A DNA stretch of 57,079 nucleotides, filler included, from Sphacelaria rigidula (taxonomy: Eukaryota): assembly GCA_964200075.2 (NCBI GenBank). It is 6 parts of 6 records of this genome, joined end to end, with 100 filler letters (N's around TTAATTAATTAA, not from the genome) between each part and the next. Parts side by side here need not be neighbours in the genome. Positions count along the whole stretch, not along the records: positions 19,062 to 28,491 come from CAXNAA020008521.1; positions 28,592 to 38,021 come from CAXNAA020008522.1; 4 more parts are not named here. One strand, given 5' to 3'. Numbering within the stretch: position 1 is the first letter of the stretch; each line of letters opens with the position of its first letter. The notes below the pieces were generated by a model that was not told where the DNA came from, made no database searches, and saw nothing but the letters and a program-made list of their open reading frames with translations. Shown here piece after piece: positions 24,505 through 37,692 of this stretch. A program made the translations under genes and the position numbers.

Positions 24505-26489
24505 GTCGGAACGCAACAACAGCCTCTGCGACACACTGTAATAGCCACTCTCAAAACGCGCTGGCACTATACAAGGAACGGTAAGCATCGGAAGGCGGAG
24601 GGTCGGGTAAAGAAGGGAAAAAACCATCGCTTACATGCTCCATTGCTGGACGCAGGTTGGAAAACATGCTCCACATTACACGCTATTCACAATTTCTCTT
24701 CGGCCACAAGGGTTGAAAAGGCCGCCATCGACGATTTCACCTTCCGACAACACCCAACCCACACGACGCCGCAAAGAGCAAGAACACTTGAAAGGACGCC
24801 GACGGGCCTGACGGATCTTATATACATATCGTAGAAGCTCGACGCAGCGCGCGAAAATACTTGCATGACGCGTTCCCGGCACCTGAAGGTAAACCGAAGC
24901 AAATCGAGCAGCGAGTGTGTTTCAGTGCATGCGGCACAGAGGGGCGAGATGAGGGAGGTGAATGAAAGGGGCAGTACGACGGGTGATGCTTGGTGTGCCG
25001 TTTGGCAAGGCTAGCTTGTCGTTAAGGCACGCCGTGCATTGCACGTTTGGCATATATGAGAAATCAATCAATTATGATGCCATTCGTCTACCGTCTACAA
25101 CCACAGTGACAGAGTTTCCAGGTGAACTGCACGTTTTGTCTAACGGGGGTAAGTGTTGGGTGAGGTCTCGTCCTTCCTTCAAGCAAAAAGAGAAGAAAAA
25201 ATCGTTTTGCATTACATATCTTGTTTCTCACCTACTCCTCGGGTCATCTGTTTTATAACATGTTTTCATACTACTGGTCAGCGATACACTGTCATGATGT
25301 GACATCCGGAAAACGCCAAACGTTGTGGAGCGGGAACACGGTGGGGGACTGACTCAACCCAGAAGCTATTTTGGCACAGGAATTTCGCCGGCGTAAGGCA
25401 AATTGGATTAGACGGGGATGCTACGAGTTCAGCTGGGCCGGTAGGGACGCGGGTTTAAGCTCTCAAAGCAATATCTCACCGACACATACGAGTTGGGCCG
25501 TGATCCGCATATCGTATTAATCATCTGATCAAGAGGAAGGTGCCCATCTACTCGAAAGTCTGGGTCATTTTTTTTTCTTGATTACATCCCATGTCTACAA
25601 TAGTAATTCCTTTACCGTACGGAGATAGCGTCCATACTAAAGTCAGTATGGAAACCCGAACGATATATACAGCAGATGATGGCGATTTTTGGTGTGGACA
25701 TTCCCTGGAGCACAGGGAAGCGATCGGTATACCTCGAGATATGGCGCACACAAGGTTCAATACTAAAATCGATGTAATACGAGCAGAGACACTAAATACA
25801 CTAAATCTGAATATCGCGTCTCAGTTTTGGGGGGTTGTGCTTTGAAATCTTGTATGGAGAATCGCCAGTGCATAATGAAACGAAAAGGAAAACAGCTTTG
25901 TAATGCCCCTCATTCTCTTCCCCCCCCCCTTTTTTTCGTATAATGGAGTTTTGAGGGAAAATGAACAATGCTCTCGGACCTCATCTCAGTTATTTAGCTC
26001 AATTTTCACAATTGTGATTTGAAATCCATCACCACGGAGAATCGCACAGGCATGCTGAAGGAAAAATAAATGTCGGCCTTCAATTTGATATTTTAATGGG
26101 AGAGCTACGGACGTTCTCGTGAAAGTATGGTCTTTACTGTACAAGAACGTCCTGAACAAGCGAAGAAGAAATAATATTCAACATGTCCCGTTTTTTGGTT
26201 CATTATGCCCCAGCGAGGTCCCACACAACATTTCAAAGCACAAGCACCAAACCTTGCACATGTCGGACGGATCACTTTCTATAGGATGCGGGTCATACAG
26301 CTCAAGTGTGAACAAACATGTTTACCCGATTCGGGTGATACAGTTCAACTAGTTACGGAGCGGTCCTCGTGATCCGGATCTCATCGGTCAAGAGGGAAGT
26401 ATCTTGTACGGGTTATGAGGATACATAGATTCTTCTTGACGTTTCGTGTACACCTGATTCGGATTACATAGGTGTGCCCAAGGAGATCA

Positions 26490-26680
26490 TGTACGAATAC
26501 TCGGGTCATACAGATCATCATCAGACAGACATGTACGAATCGTACGGGTAGTGCAGGTCATCATCAGATAGCCTTGTACGGATCGCACGGGTAGTGCAGG
26601 TCATCATCAGAAAGACATATTTGAATCGCACGGGCCATACAGGTCATCATGGGACAGATTCGTACGAATCACACGGGTCG
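26490..26680. repeat. ~43-bp minisatellite, ~4.5 units
   Basis: Consensus approximately tgtacgaatcgcacgggt..t.caggtcatcatcaga.agac. Confidence 0.85.
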
Positions 26681-27102
26681 GCAGGTGAGGAATACTGAAT
26701 ACTGTTTATTTTATACTTTATTCAGATGCGCCGACAGTGCACATCTTAGGAAAAATATACGCAAGAACCACTCGGAATAAAATATACGTACTTCATGTCC
26801 CATATGCCCGGGCTGCTACAGCCAACGTCCGGACTTGTGAATATGCACGTTGTGCCCGGGCCATACGGGTTAGCAGGTGAGGCTTACTGAATACTGTTTG
26901 TTGTGTACTTCATTCGAATGCGCCGACAGTGCACATCTTCTTCGGGAAAATATGCAGCCCTGCCGTGGAACCACTCGGAATAAAATATACGTACTTCATG
27001 TTCCATATGCCCGGGCTGCTACAGCCAACGTCCGGACTTGTAAACATGCCCTGTTGTACCCGGGCCATACACGTTAACAAGTGAGGGAGATGAATACTGT
27101 TT
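26681..27102. repeat. ~195-bp tandem duplication (2 units plus start of a third)
   Basis: Shared gcaggtgagg..tactgaatactgttt..gcgccgacagtgcacatctt..gaaccactcggaataaaatatacgtacttcatg..cccgggccatac. Confidence 0.9.
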
Positions 27103-29079
27103 TCTTGCATACTTGATCCGGATCTTACGGGTGCGGGAAAGGTTTTCTTGTACGCTAGATTCGGATTCCATAGGTAAGGGGTAACTTTTGGTGTACATGA
27201 GATTCAAATCGCACGGGTCGACGACAAGACACTGCCTGACCCGAGTGATATAAATGACAAGAATGTGATGTTGTACAGATGACACGGGTCTGCAGACCAG
27301 TTATACACGAAAGTGTGTGTGTAAACCAGCTCGTACAGCTCGTCGCTCGGCAAACATGGACGGGTCAAGCGGGTCCTACGGATCAGCATCGTAGGAACGT
27401 GTACGGGTGACAGCTCACCTCGGACGGATCATGATCTATGCCCAAAATGACCTGATCCGGATCTGTCACGAGCTGATCCGTCTGACGTGTGAAACCTTGG
27501 CCGGTAAATAAATGGCCTGGAAAATACTGTTCCGAACTCCCCCCGCCCCGGTTTCTAAAATGCGCCACCTAGGTTCAATTTTGAGAGTTGGACTTTCAAA
27601 TTTGGTACGGAGAATGAATGGGGCATAGAAAAAATGCTCGGGGCGTGACGCGTCATCGCTTTCTATTGAAAGCAAAAACACGGGGCAAGAAACACGAAAA
27701 ACTCACCCTGATAGGTCCAAGATATCCAGATTCCTGTCCCATAGTACTGTAGTCTCTTGACTTCTTGTCCGAGCATTTTTCACGTCCTACCGGAAGGGTC
27801 CAAAAGAAGCAGCAAATTCGAAAGGAGAAAGCAACCCGAAAATGCACGGCACCAATCAGAAAAGGAAAGGGATGCCTTGGTTCCATGTAGGCGAGGTGCG
27901 ACCGTTGGATACGCGTGTTCGACTTCAACGCGTGCGTGAGCAGCTACAGATACTCGCGCTAGATGCATTACTCCGCAGACGTCGGTATTGGGCCAGCACC
28001 AGCAATCTCTCCGTGCAGGTGTGCTACGATCTGTTTCCAAACGTGGCCAGTATCGCCCTGCTGGGAGTGTCCAACCAAGCACCTCTGCTTTCAGTTCGTG
28101 GCAAATTGACACGGATCACCAAGCACATCATGTACGAGTACTGGTTTACTGAGAGCTATGGCCTCGGCCATCGGGCATAGAGTAGGGGGGCAAGGTGTCT
28201 CGTGGTCAGCATGTGAACAGGTTTGAAATGGGGAGTGTTGGTCGCCGTTGATTGGTAGGCTTCCCCGCACCTTTCGGCTGTACGAGTGGTGACGTTCCTG
28301 AACCCCAATCGGGAAAAAAGCAGAATAAACGAACGACATAACAGAAGGCGCCATTGCTTCGCTGTCCAGAATCCATCAAGTCGCCCGAGAGTGCACAAAA
28401 AACAACTCCGAGACCTTGTGTACCCCCCCCCCCCCATGAGGAAGAAGATGGACAAAACTGCCTCTGTGGCAAAGCAATAGAAAGCAGAACTNNNNNNNNN
28501 NNNNNNNNNNNNNNNNNNNNNNNNNNNNNNNNNNNTTAATTAATTAANNNNNNNNNNNNNNNNNNNNNNNNNNNNNNNNNNNNNNNNNNNNCCTACTCCT
28601 AACAGAGACACCTCCAACATTCCGGCGCTCATTACGTTTCTTCCATACATTGCACAAAAACCTTTTACATATCTTATCCCCGTCCTGTTTCGCCGTCTGT
28701 GGCCGCCATCCATCTCCTGGTGTTAGTGTAGGGGGGTGTACTCATGATCATGCTTGCCATAGTCATCAGACCATTGGTTAGTATAGGGGGGCGAGGGATT
28801 TGATTGCACGAAAATAGGGGCTCATAAGTGTGTCAGACAACCTGTTACACTTGCGGTGCGCTTGTGCTTGGTTCAAAACGGTGTCGATTGGTACGAATGA
28901 GCGTTATTTATCTATTACAAGCTCGTTCGAGCAACCGTTGCTGCTTTCAACGACGATTTTACTTGGAGTTTCGTGCAAGAAGTGGCCCAAAATACCTCCC
29001 TTCCCCCCTAAGGGATGCGTGGTCAATGGTCAAACGACTAAGGTAAGCAACAAATGAGCACGCCCCCCCTATTGTAAGA

Positions 29080-30985
29080 TGACTCTGAACTGCAGAACTA
29101 CATACACGAGTTCACCACCAGGACAGGGAATTCATCCCGCAAGAAGGGCCAGGTGAGGCTGTACCAACACATCAAGTCCATAGAATTGAAAGGTAAGAGG
29201 GAGTGTGACTCGACCTACATCGGGAGCGCGGCTGGCGAGTTACTGAGGGACAAGCAAGCCATCCCACAACGGTGACAAAGAGTGGTTTGAAACGCTTCTA
29301 AACGGAACCTGGCCTACGCTCGACCCCTTTTTGTCGAACAGATACTGGAGCACGAACCGCTCGCGGCCGAGCCCTCGATGGAAGAAGCGAAGGAAGCGGC
29401 GGGTAAACTGACGGACGGCAAGGCCGTTGGGAGTGACAACCTGTGTGGCGAACCGCTGAAGCTCGGCCGAACCGAGGACTCTGCCATATTGAAGTGCTTC
29501 CACAACATCGTGCTCACAGTGTGGGATCAGATAGTGGTAACGACACTATCATCAAGGTGGGTTAAAAAACTGACCCAAACAAATGTGTCTTCTACCCCGG
29601 CATGTCGCTAGGGTCCCACTTGGGCAAGGTGGTTCTCAAGATAGCTGCGATTCGCCTCAGTGCACACAACTCATGGAAGGTAATCCTACCAGAATCTCAG
29701 TGCTGCTTTCGACCCGGCCGGTCAACAAGCGACATGATGTACGTCGTGCGCAGACTCCAAGAACTGACCAGAAAAAAAGAATCTTCCGATGCACGTGTGC
29801 TTCGTCAACCTCCAGAAGCCAGACGGCTCAGCTGACTGCCCTCTTCTCTAAAGGTGCTAGCACGATACGGCTTCCTCGCCAAGATGATTTTCGGCATCCG
29901 CCAGTTCTATGACGGCATGCGAGCGTGCGTGCGCCTTGACAGCGGCAAGACTTCTGAGTGTTTTGACGTTGCCTAGGGCCTCCGCCAAGGATGTTTGATT
30001 AATTACCCCCCTGTTTATTCGGCATCTTCTTCGCGGCGGTGATGACGGTGACGTTCGACCGCTTCTCGATCCACAACGCGGTGGCGAAGGACTTCGTTCG
30101 CATCGCTGCCATGGGCGGGAAGACCAGGGACGATATTGGCGAGGTGCTCTAGGCCATGCTGTACGCCGACGACGCGGGTATCGCGTTGAGATCTCAACTA
30201 AGCGTGGCGAAAATGATGGCGGCCGTCGTCGAAGTCTGCGCGGCGTCCGGTCTCGTCGTGGCGGAGAAGAAGACGAAACCCATTCACATGCACTCCCCGA
30301 GAATGCGGGCGGATGCGGTCAAGTTATGCGCGGCAGGCCAAGGGTACAAGCAAGTTAAGTATTTCGTCTATCTCGGCGGTACCATCAACAGCATCGGCAA
30401 CATCGGCAACGTCATCCCTGACCCCGAGTGCCGCATTGGCTGGGCCAGAAAATGCATCGTCAAGTACCGCAGAACGTTATGCGTCAACCCGTACTTAGCC
30501 CTGCCCGAAAAGGTCCGTTTGCTGAAGGCAGAAGTGACCGAGGTGATACCATACGGCTGCGTGGCCTGGGCGCTCGCATCCGATGATTTCGACCCGTTGC
30601 AGAAAGCCCACCGCAGGTTCATTCTGAGATGCCTCAACGAGTATACCTCAACCCGCAGCGCCCCCGACTACCACACGCTGTCATTCCGCCAAGTCTTCGA
30701 GAGGAGTGGCTACGAGGGCATCGAGGCTAACGTGATGAGGCAAACCATCCTTTACGCCGACCGCATCGCGCAAATACGCGGCGAGGGCCTCCCCAACATC
30801 GTCATGCGTGGAGAGATAATGGTCGGAGGGGAGATGAAGCCAGTCCAACCCACGAAACGCTTGCAACACCGTGCCTCTGAGTACTGCGCCACCTTCGGAA
30901 TAGATGCGACAGCATGGATGCAGATCGCCCAAAATGCTAAGAGGTGCATGGCAGATTGGACTCACGCGCGTCATGCAAAGGAATC
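29080..30985 (+). mobile_element. RTE-clade LINE, decayed RT ORF (5'-truncated, with frameshifts and stops)
   Basis: LLRDKQAI, KAVGSDNL.GE.LKLG, SHLGKVVLKI, ILPESQC.FRPGRST.DMMYVVRRLQEL, IRQFYDGMRACVRLDSG, GLRQGC, MLYADDAGI, FVYLGG, LLKAEVTEVIPYGCVAW, LPNIVMRGE. Confidence 0.9.
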
Positions 30986-32324
30986 CTGTGCTGTGGTACC
31001 ACTAGGGTTCCCTCAGTGTCTGCAGAAGGTCGCCGAAACGCAACAAGCAGCCCTATCACGTTGTATACTCGCTAATGCGTCTGCCGTCTTCTTGGAAACT
31101 TCGGTGATTTTTCTCGACGGGTATCTGGAGATGTTGCTCCACTCTCGCTTCGTATCCAATTGAGTCAGTTCCTTTCCTGTATTGGCAGATCTGACTTCTT
31201 TATTTCACCACACCCAGACCAACTCGTCATGATCATGCATGCCATAGTCATGAGGGAGGGGGGGGGGGTCATTTTTTCTTCTGCTTCCTTGATGTCTCTC
31301 TCCTATCGTTCTATATTCGATATTCATGTTTTAATTTTTGTAGCGTCAGGAAAACCGTTTAATGAGCGCCTCAAACTCATGCAAGGAATAGCAGTGGCGG
31401 CACTGGAAAGGCGAGCCCACGTCAGTGACCACGGGTTCGACAGGTCGGGCAAATTTGCGGAAATAAGACGAGGAAGAAGAAGAAATATGGAAGAAGCGTC
31501 ATGAGCGCTCAAATGTTGGAGATACCTCTATCAGGAGTAGGAAGCAGTGCTCCGTGTCAAAATGGATGCGCGGTCAATGGCCAAGCAACAAAGGCAAGCA
31601 ACAAACGAGTACTACCCCCACCAACCCCATCCCCCCCGCCCCCCCTTCCGCAGGATCCCTGACAAATGTGTTACCATATCATACAAAACTTGCCTGGCTG
31701 TAGGAATTGAAGGAGGGGAAGGACTGCACTCCGTGCTCCGACACGAACATCGCACTGACAGGACACGAAGCACGCACCAAGCACAAGAAGAAAAAAAAAA
31801 ACGTGAGCTGCGGCTGCATGTAGCAGTAGTAACCCGGACAAGATCGATCTCATACGAGGAATAGCGACCAGCTTTACCCTTATGATGAACCGCAAAATAT
31901 TGCAGCTCTCTAGTGCAGAATGAGGGTGCAATCGGGCAAGAATACGCAGCACGAAGGCAGGCAGGGCACAAAAGCATGACTTTACCGGCGCACAAAGTAC
32001 GGGACGCAGATTTTTTCCCCCAACACGACAGCACGAGTCGTGGGTCAACCGTTTCATTTTTCTTCCGTCACACTTTGGACCCCTCCTCTACCTCGGGACG
32101 CGTCCGTGATCTGTCTCAAGGGATCTCAATCCATCTCTCCCCGGTACACGCCTTGCGCTCCGGTTTCGCGGATTGGACCCATGACTACCGTCACACTCTC
32201 GCACCGCGTCAACTCTCGTCACATAGACCCTGCCAAACTCTTGTCGCCTACTCACGTACTCACGCTTTCAAAGCGTAGTAAATACATCGCACACAAGAGA
32301 TGCCGAGAACCCCCTAACAAACCA

Positions 32325-32852
32325 ACTCCGTCTCGGAAGGGATGCGTGGCCAATGGTCAAAGACTAAGGCAAGCGACAAATCAGTACGCCCCCTCCCCCC
32401 CCGCCCCCCCCCAGCCTGGTCCCGCGAGAACCCGGCGTGCTCCGTCCCGGCTTTGTAGGGGCGGACGCTCTACAGGGTTGGCATCGGTTTGCAATGACGC
32501 CGGAAAACACGCCACTCCCTGCGTCAGCTAGCCAACCAGGTTACCGATTTTGTTTTGCACGCCTGCGTGTGTTTCTTTTTGTTTTGCGGTAACATGATGG
32601 TGGTCGAGCGAAATCACATTGTGCGGGGAGGGAGACCTTCAACTCCGCGCAAAGGAGATTATCATGCTACGTAGTGTTTACGTGGTGAGACGCCCATGAG
32701 GAAGTGTATAAGCCGCGGCTGTCTCTGGAAGTGGCGATACCAGAAAAGGAAGCAACGCATTGGAGGCTGTCATCCAAACGCGAGATAACCAGTACGCTTC
32801 GGGCCGAACAATCTCAGCGGGATGCAGCTCAACCTTCATGCGACTCGCCGCT
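32325..32852 (+). mobile_element. Copy of the modular poly(C)-junction repeat (short module first, 3' truncated)
   Basis: Homologous to 8730-9360, with a different module order. Confidence 0.85.
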
Positions 32853-33749
32853 CGTCTTTCCAACACCGTCCCTGCAATTCCTTACGAGAGATGGAGAGCT
32901 CTCATCGGTTCTTCTGGGACTCCAAAAGCACTGGTGAAACGTAAAGCGACTTGATTCTTTACCGCGGGAGACAGCTACTGCGTATAAAAACAGCACAACC
33001 ACACAGTGCTGGCTACAAGCGTCTCCATTTCTGTGTACCCTTGGTGTATCGATGTCGCGACCACGGACCAGTGAGCGCTCACTGGTTCAATGGTTAAACT
33101 GTTCGCTTCCTGAACTGAAGATATGATGTGTGATCCATCCCGGCGTGACACATCAGTGGTCTCCGGTGTTTGCGCCCCTCGCAAGCCTTACCCTGTCCAT
33201 ACGTCAAACTCGTTCCTTCGACAAACGGTCATGCTGGGATTCGAACCGCCCATCTCGGTTCGGTTCCTCGCGGATCAGTTAATATGCGAAAATCAGTCAA
33301 ACCAATCAATTGAGCTATGCTCTCCCTACCCCGTAGGCGCATCCGCAATAAATGAACGCTGGGGAAATGGAGGGAGAAATGTACGGCTAATACCATGCGG
33401 CATTACGGTTTTCATTGCTTTTGTCTTGTCGGAATCCCATACGGAAGTCGAATCGTTCGGAGAGTATAAACTCGTGAAAAAACGCTTTTGAAGTACATGG
33501 CAATAATCCACTGACTGATAGATTCGTCGATTGGCTATCGCACGTGAACTGATGGAGGAGTCCAATCATGGTCATTATCCACAACACGGACGTATCCCGA
33601 GATAAATAAAAGCGGAGACTCTCGCTAAAGGAACCACAACGTTGTGCGTACATCACGTACGATTTCCAACACTCCAGTGAGTGGGTCTGCCTTGTTCAAC
33701 CCGCGCAAAAGTTGCCCCCTTGGCATCACGAACAACTGACATCGCCCGG

Positions 33750-34420
33750 ATGGAGGGGGGGCGTACTCATGTGTTGCTTGCCTTAGTCATTTGATCATTG
33801 ATCACGCATCCCTTTCGAGACGGAGCATGGAGGGGGGGCTGCTCATGATCTTGCATGCCACAGTCTTGCTACCATTGACCCCCGCATCCCTACATAGCCG
33901 GGGCGGAGGACGCCGGGTTGTCGCCGGACCAGGCTCGCCATTACCAAGCGCGAAAGTGCCGCGATGTGTTCAGCGATTCGCATAAACGGTGACCTGCATT
34001 CTGCCAAGATTGTTCGGCCCGAAGCGTACTGCTCGTCTCGCATTTGGATGACAGCCTACAATGAGTTGCTTCATTTTCTGTCATTGCCACTTCCAGAGAC
34101 GGCCACGGGTTACACACTGCCTCGTGGGGGTCTCACCATGTAAACACTACGTAGTACAATCGTCCCCTTTGCGCGGAGTTGACGTTCTCCCACCCCGCAC
34201 AACATGATCTAACTCGACCAGCATCATGGCTACCGTGAAAAAAACGCAAGCGCGCAAAACAATCGGTAGCCTGGTAGCCCAGCTTACGCAGTGAGTGGCG
34301 TGTTTTACAGGGTCATCGCCAACCGACGCCAACCCTGTAGGAGGTCCGCCCCTACAAAGCCGGGATGGAGCACGCGGGGTTTTCGCCGGACCAAGCTAAA
34401 CCAGGCTTTGTTGCTTGGGG
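33750..34420 (-). mobile_element. Copy of the modular poly(C)-junction repeat
   Basis: Reverse-complement homology to 8730-9360. G-runs at both ends. Confidence 0.85.
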
Positions 34421-34458
34421 GGGAGGGTAGTCCATTGCGTCATGCTACGCCGCCATAC

Positions 34459-34895
34459 CTTGGATACGACTCTGCGTCCTCGCAGTCCATGCCGTAGTCG
34501 TAGTAGTGCACATCCCCAAACATCGGATCGTTTGGGTCCCCCCATCGCTTAACTCTTCCAGTGGGACCCGACAACGAAGTAGGGTGTGCTGTTCTCGTAT
34601 TCTCCGGCCCGTCCATCTTGACGCCACCTCTCTCCGCCGCTGCCGCCATTTTTTCGGCAGTTGCCTGTTTAGAACTCTCCCAGACGCCTTCCTTGTTGTC
34701 ATGACCCGCTGTTGTCGTCGTCGCGGTTGTCCATTTCGCATCTTTCGAGTCGCTGTTGCGGTGTCGATCTACGGGTGCACTGTGGTGACGGGCGTTGCCG
34801 CCGTTGGCTTTGCCCGCTGGCGCGGAGGATGGTGCCATGTAGCCGTTGGAAGGGGAGCTGTCGACGAAGGGCGTTTGAGGATCCACCGAACGTAC
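34459..34895 (-). CDS. MANBA: Beta-mannosidase (GH2) internal exon with a ~95-aa low-complexity insertion
   Basis: VRSVDPQTPFVDSSPSNG ... KRWGDPNDPMFGDVHYYDYGMDCEDAESYP matches the MANBA 'D..RPF..SSP(S/T)NG ... FGDVH(F/Y)YDY..DC.....P' region. Acceptor ccag| at 34896, donor |gtatgg at 34458. Phase 0 start is consistent with the upstream exon. Confidence 0.85.
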
Positions 34896-35854
34896 CTGGA
34901 CAACGTCAACACCGAGTGCAACATCTACCGATTAAACCTTATGAGCGCGAGACCGATCGGAGATCTTGAATCTTTACTGCAGCAGTCAAAAATCCATCAG
35001 GTCGCAAGGGGGCTGTCTATCTGTCTACACACACCACTGGCTGAAAAAATAAATCGCTTCAAAATGATCGAGTGTTCCTTCTGTGCCAATCATCTGAACT
35101 TGTGACCTCGGCTGGGTCTGTCGGGGATATCGGACAATAGGCGACAATCAATGAATGGAAATCAGCGGATCAAGCAAACCAATCCTGCTGAATTCTCGCT
35201 TGCTTGTGCTGTTTCGCTGAACCGTTTCAACCCGTTACGGGGCCCGAAGGTTCACCGACAACCAGAAGCGCGTTTTATGGCTGGTCGTTAGTTAGTGTAC
35301 AGAGTGACGAACATGATCAACCTAGGGCCGAAGCTTGCGAGAGTAGGTCGACGCGCGCACTTCGCCAAGTTGACATATGGGGCTTCAGTGGGTTTAACTC
35401 GCACACTGCCTTGAGCAAAGCTTTCCGAACGCTCGAGGCGCCTACCCCACTTAACCGCCACACGGTGGACTAGCCGAGTCTCCGGGAAAACAGCAGACGA
35501 ACCCCTTCGCGGCGTAAGTGTTGGGTGAGGTTTCTTCCTTCCTTCAAGGGGATTTGTTTTTAAAAATGAACAAAGTCATTGAACACACGCACTCGGGAAA
35601 GTGCGGTCTATGCACACATCCCCAGCTCGGTCAATCAGTACTGCAGCAGTACTGTGCATTGGTAAAAGCATAGCACGGCGTTGTACGCGCGGCACCGTGC
35701 CGTACAGTACAGTAGAGTGCCGTCCTACATATGCCCATCTGTATCTGATTCTCGTCACCGGCAGACGTGACTCCCATCTCAACGTCAGTGCAGCAACGAC
35801 GATACGTCCTGATGAAGTATTCGTGAGTCGAGCCAACAACGAGCATACAGTCAA

Positions 35855-35896
35855 TACAGTACAGTACAGTACAGCACAGTACAGTACAGTACAGTC
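35855..35896 (+). repeat. (ACAGT)n pentanucleotide microsatellite
   Basis: Read directly from the sequence. Confidence 0.85.
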
Positions 35897-36756
35897 ATAT
35901 CGCCGGCTCAATGCCAGGGCAACAACGACACGTCCCAATCAAGCGCTCGTGAGTTAAGTCAACATCCAACGTGTAGTTCATACAGTACATTATATAGTAT
36001 ATGTGCGGAAAGATGTACCAGCTCAGCTCAACCCATGTCACGCCAGGTTTCGCGCGGTAGATGCTGGTAGCCTGTGCTCCCGATCACGCTGATGCTAGTC
36101 CTGGCTGGAGGGGCAAGCAATAGTAGTAGCCTCCGTCATTGCTGCGTATCACAGTCGTCACTTACTGGCGGTTTCCGCCATCTCCCAGTTGCTTGTTGTG
36201 TTAGTAAATTGAAAGGTTAGCTTTGATTTTGTGTCTACCGGAGGGGTCGGTGCAGACGTGGAATCTTTGAAAGACTTTCCCGAAATCCAATACCAAATGA
36301 TAAATAATCTTACAAAAAATAAATGTCAAGACTTCTTCCAAGCTACAATCAAGTAAGTAATGCCCCGGAAGGGTCCGCATCGATGTGTGAACACCGAATG
36401 CCTGTCGTGCTGGCCTTGGGACAATGACTCGATTATAGTATGACTGTAGGACAAGCATGGTCATGTTATCGCCTCGCGACGTTTGTAACCCGCACGCTCA
36501 ATGAAAAAAAAAAAGAGAGCAAAAAATGTCCGTTTTCGGTCGCTGGTTAGTTTGATCCCTTCACCCTCTGTTGACATGACCGGCTCAACATTACCCGAGG
36601 GTGAAAAAAAAAACAAAAAAAACGGCATGAACACTACATTCATGTAGTACAAGCACACGCTCTGGGGTCCACAAGGGTAAAAGGGGAGATTCAACGAAGA
36701 GAGTACTGACGTGAGGTCGCGGTTGGTGCCCTCACTGTGACGGCTGGTTTCAGATA

Positions 36757-37175
36757 GGGGGGGGGAGGGTACTCATGATTACGCATGCCATAGTCATATG
36801 ACCGTTGACCTCGCATCCCTACAAAGACGGGAATGAACACGCCGAGTTTGCGCCGGATCAGGCTCGCACTCAATCACCAAGCGCGAAGCGCCGTGGTGTG
36901 CTGGGCGAGTCGCATGAAGGGTGAGCTGCACCCTGCTAAGATTGCTCGACTCAAAGCCTACTGCTTATCTTGCATTTGGATGACAGCCAACAACGAGTTG
37001 CTTTATTTGCTGGTATCGCCACTTCCAGAAACAGTCACAGCTTATACACTGCCTCATGGGTGCGCCACGTCACGTCAGTAGGATAACCAGGACAGGGTGG
37101 GGGGGGGTGTACTCATTTGTTGCTTGCCTTAGTCGTTTGACCATTGACCACGCATCCCTTTCGAGACGGAGCAGG
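36757..37175 (-). mobile_element. Partial copy plus separate short module of the modular poly(C)-junction repeat
   Basis: Reverse-complement homology. Modules are bounded by G-runs. Confidence 0.8.
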
Positions 37176-37590
37176 ACAGGAGGGGGGGGGAGAAACGGTA
37201 TTTGATCCGCACGTCGCACCTCCACAGAATCTCAAGGTCGTATGACAGGCTTTTTCAAAACGCACTTGCAACATCGGTGCTGTACCCTGGTACCATACCT
37301 AAAGCGGAACAGGGAGCTTTGATCGATTTTGATCGACTGTCCCACCGTAACGGATTCCCCAGTAATCATGATCCAGCCGTGGTCATTATCCACAAGAAAG
37401 ACGTACCCGAAAAAAAACCCCGTCCAAACACTCGCCGAAGAAATGTGAAATAAACAGATAAGGTACGACAGACAAACAGAGTAGACTAAGAAGAAAGAAA
37501 AAAAAAGACGACGAAACAAAACAAACTACAGTAAGGATAAAAACAAAATCCTGTAAAAAAGTGAACGAAATCATTTAGACATATACGTAC

Positions 37591-37692
37591 CGCTTCCTCT
37601 ATCGTGGTGACGAAAAGGCGGACATAATCTCGCCTGTACGATTCCCTTTGCTCCCCGCTTGACACATTGAACCACCCCAGAGCCTGCTCCAC
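37591..37692 (-). CDS. MANBA: Beta-mannosidase (GH2) internal exon immediately after the NNE acid/base motif
   Basis: 102-nt exon, gtag|VEQALGWFNVSSGEQRESYRRDYVRLFVTTIEEA|gtacgt, resembles 'E.AL.W.......Y..DY..L...I...V'. It splices in frame to the 34895 exon. Confidence 0.85.

Noticed and set aside
26490..26680. CRISPR-like array (also considered for 19090-20097, 38583-38760 and 50949-51161)
   Set aside because: Units are homologous along their length with no unique spacers, there are no cas genes, and the context is eukaryotic.
27842..28180. Possible decayed transposase-associated domain
   Set aside because: Only a vague resemblance, with no diagnostic motif.
32886..32930. Minus-strand micro-exon (AFGVPEEPMRALHL), phase-compatible with the 34459 donor and initially suggesting an OTU domain
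   Set aside because: The upstream exons are clearly beta-mannosidase, and this peptide does not match the expected ARF.SE.G continuation.
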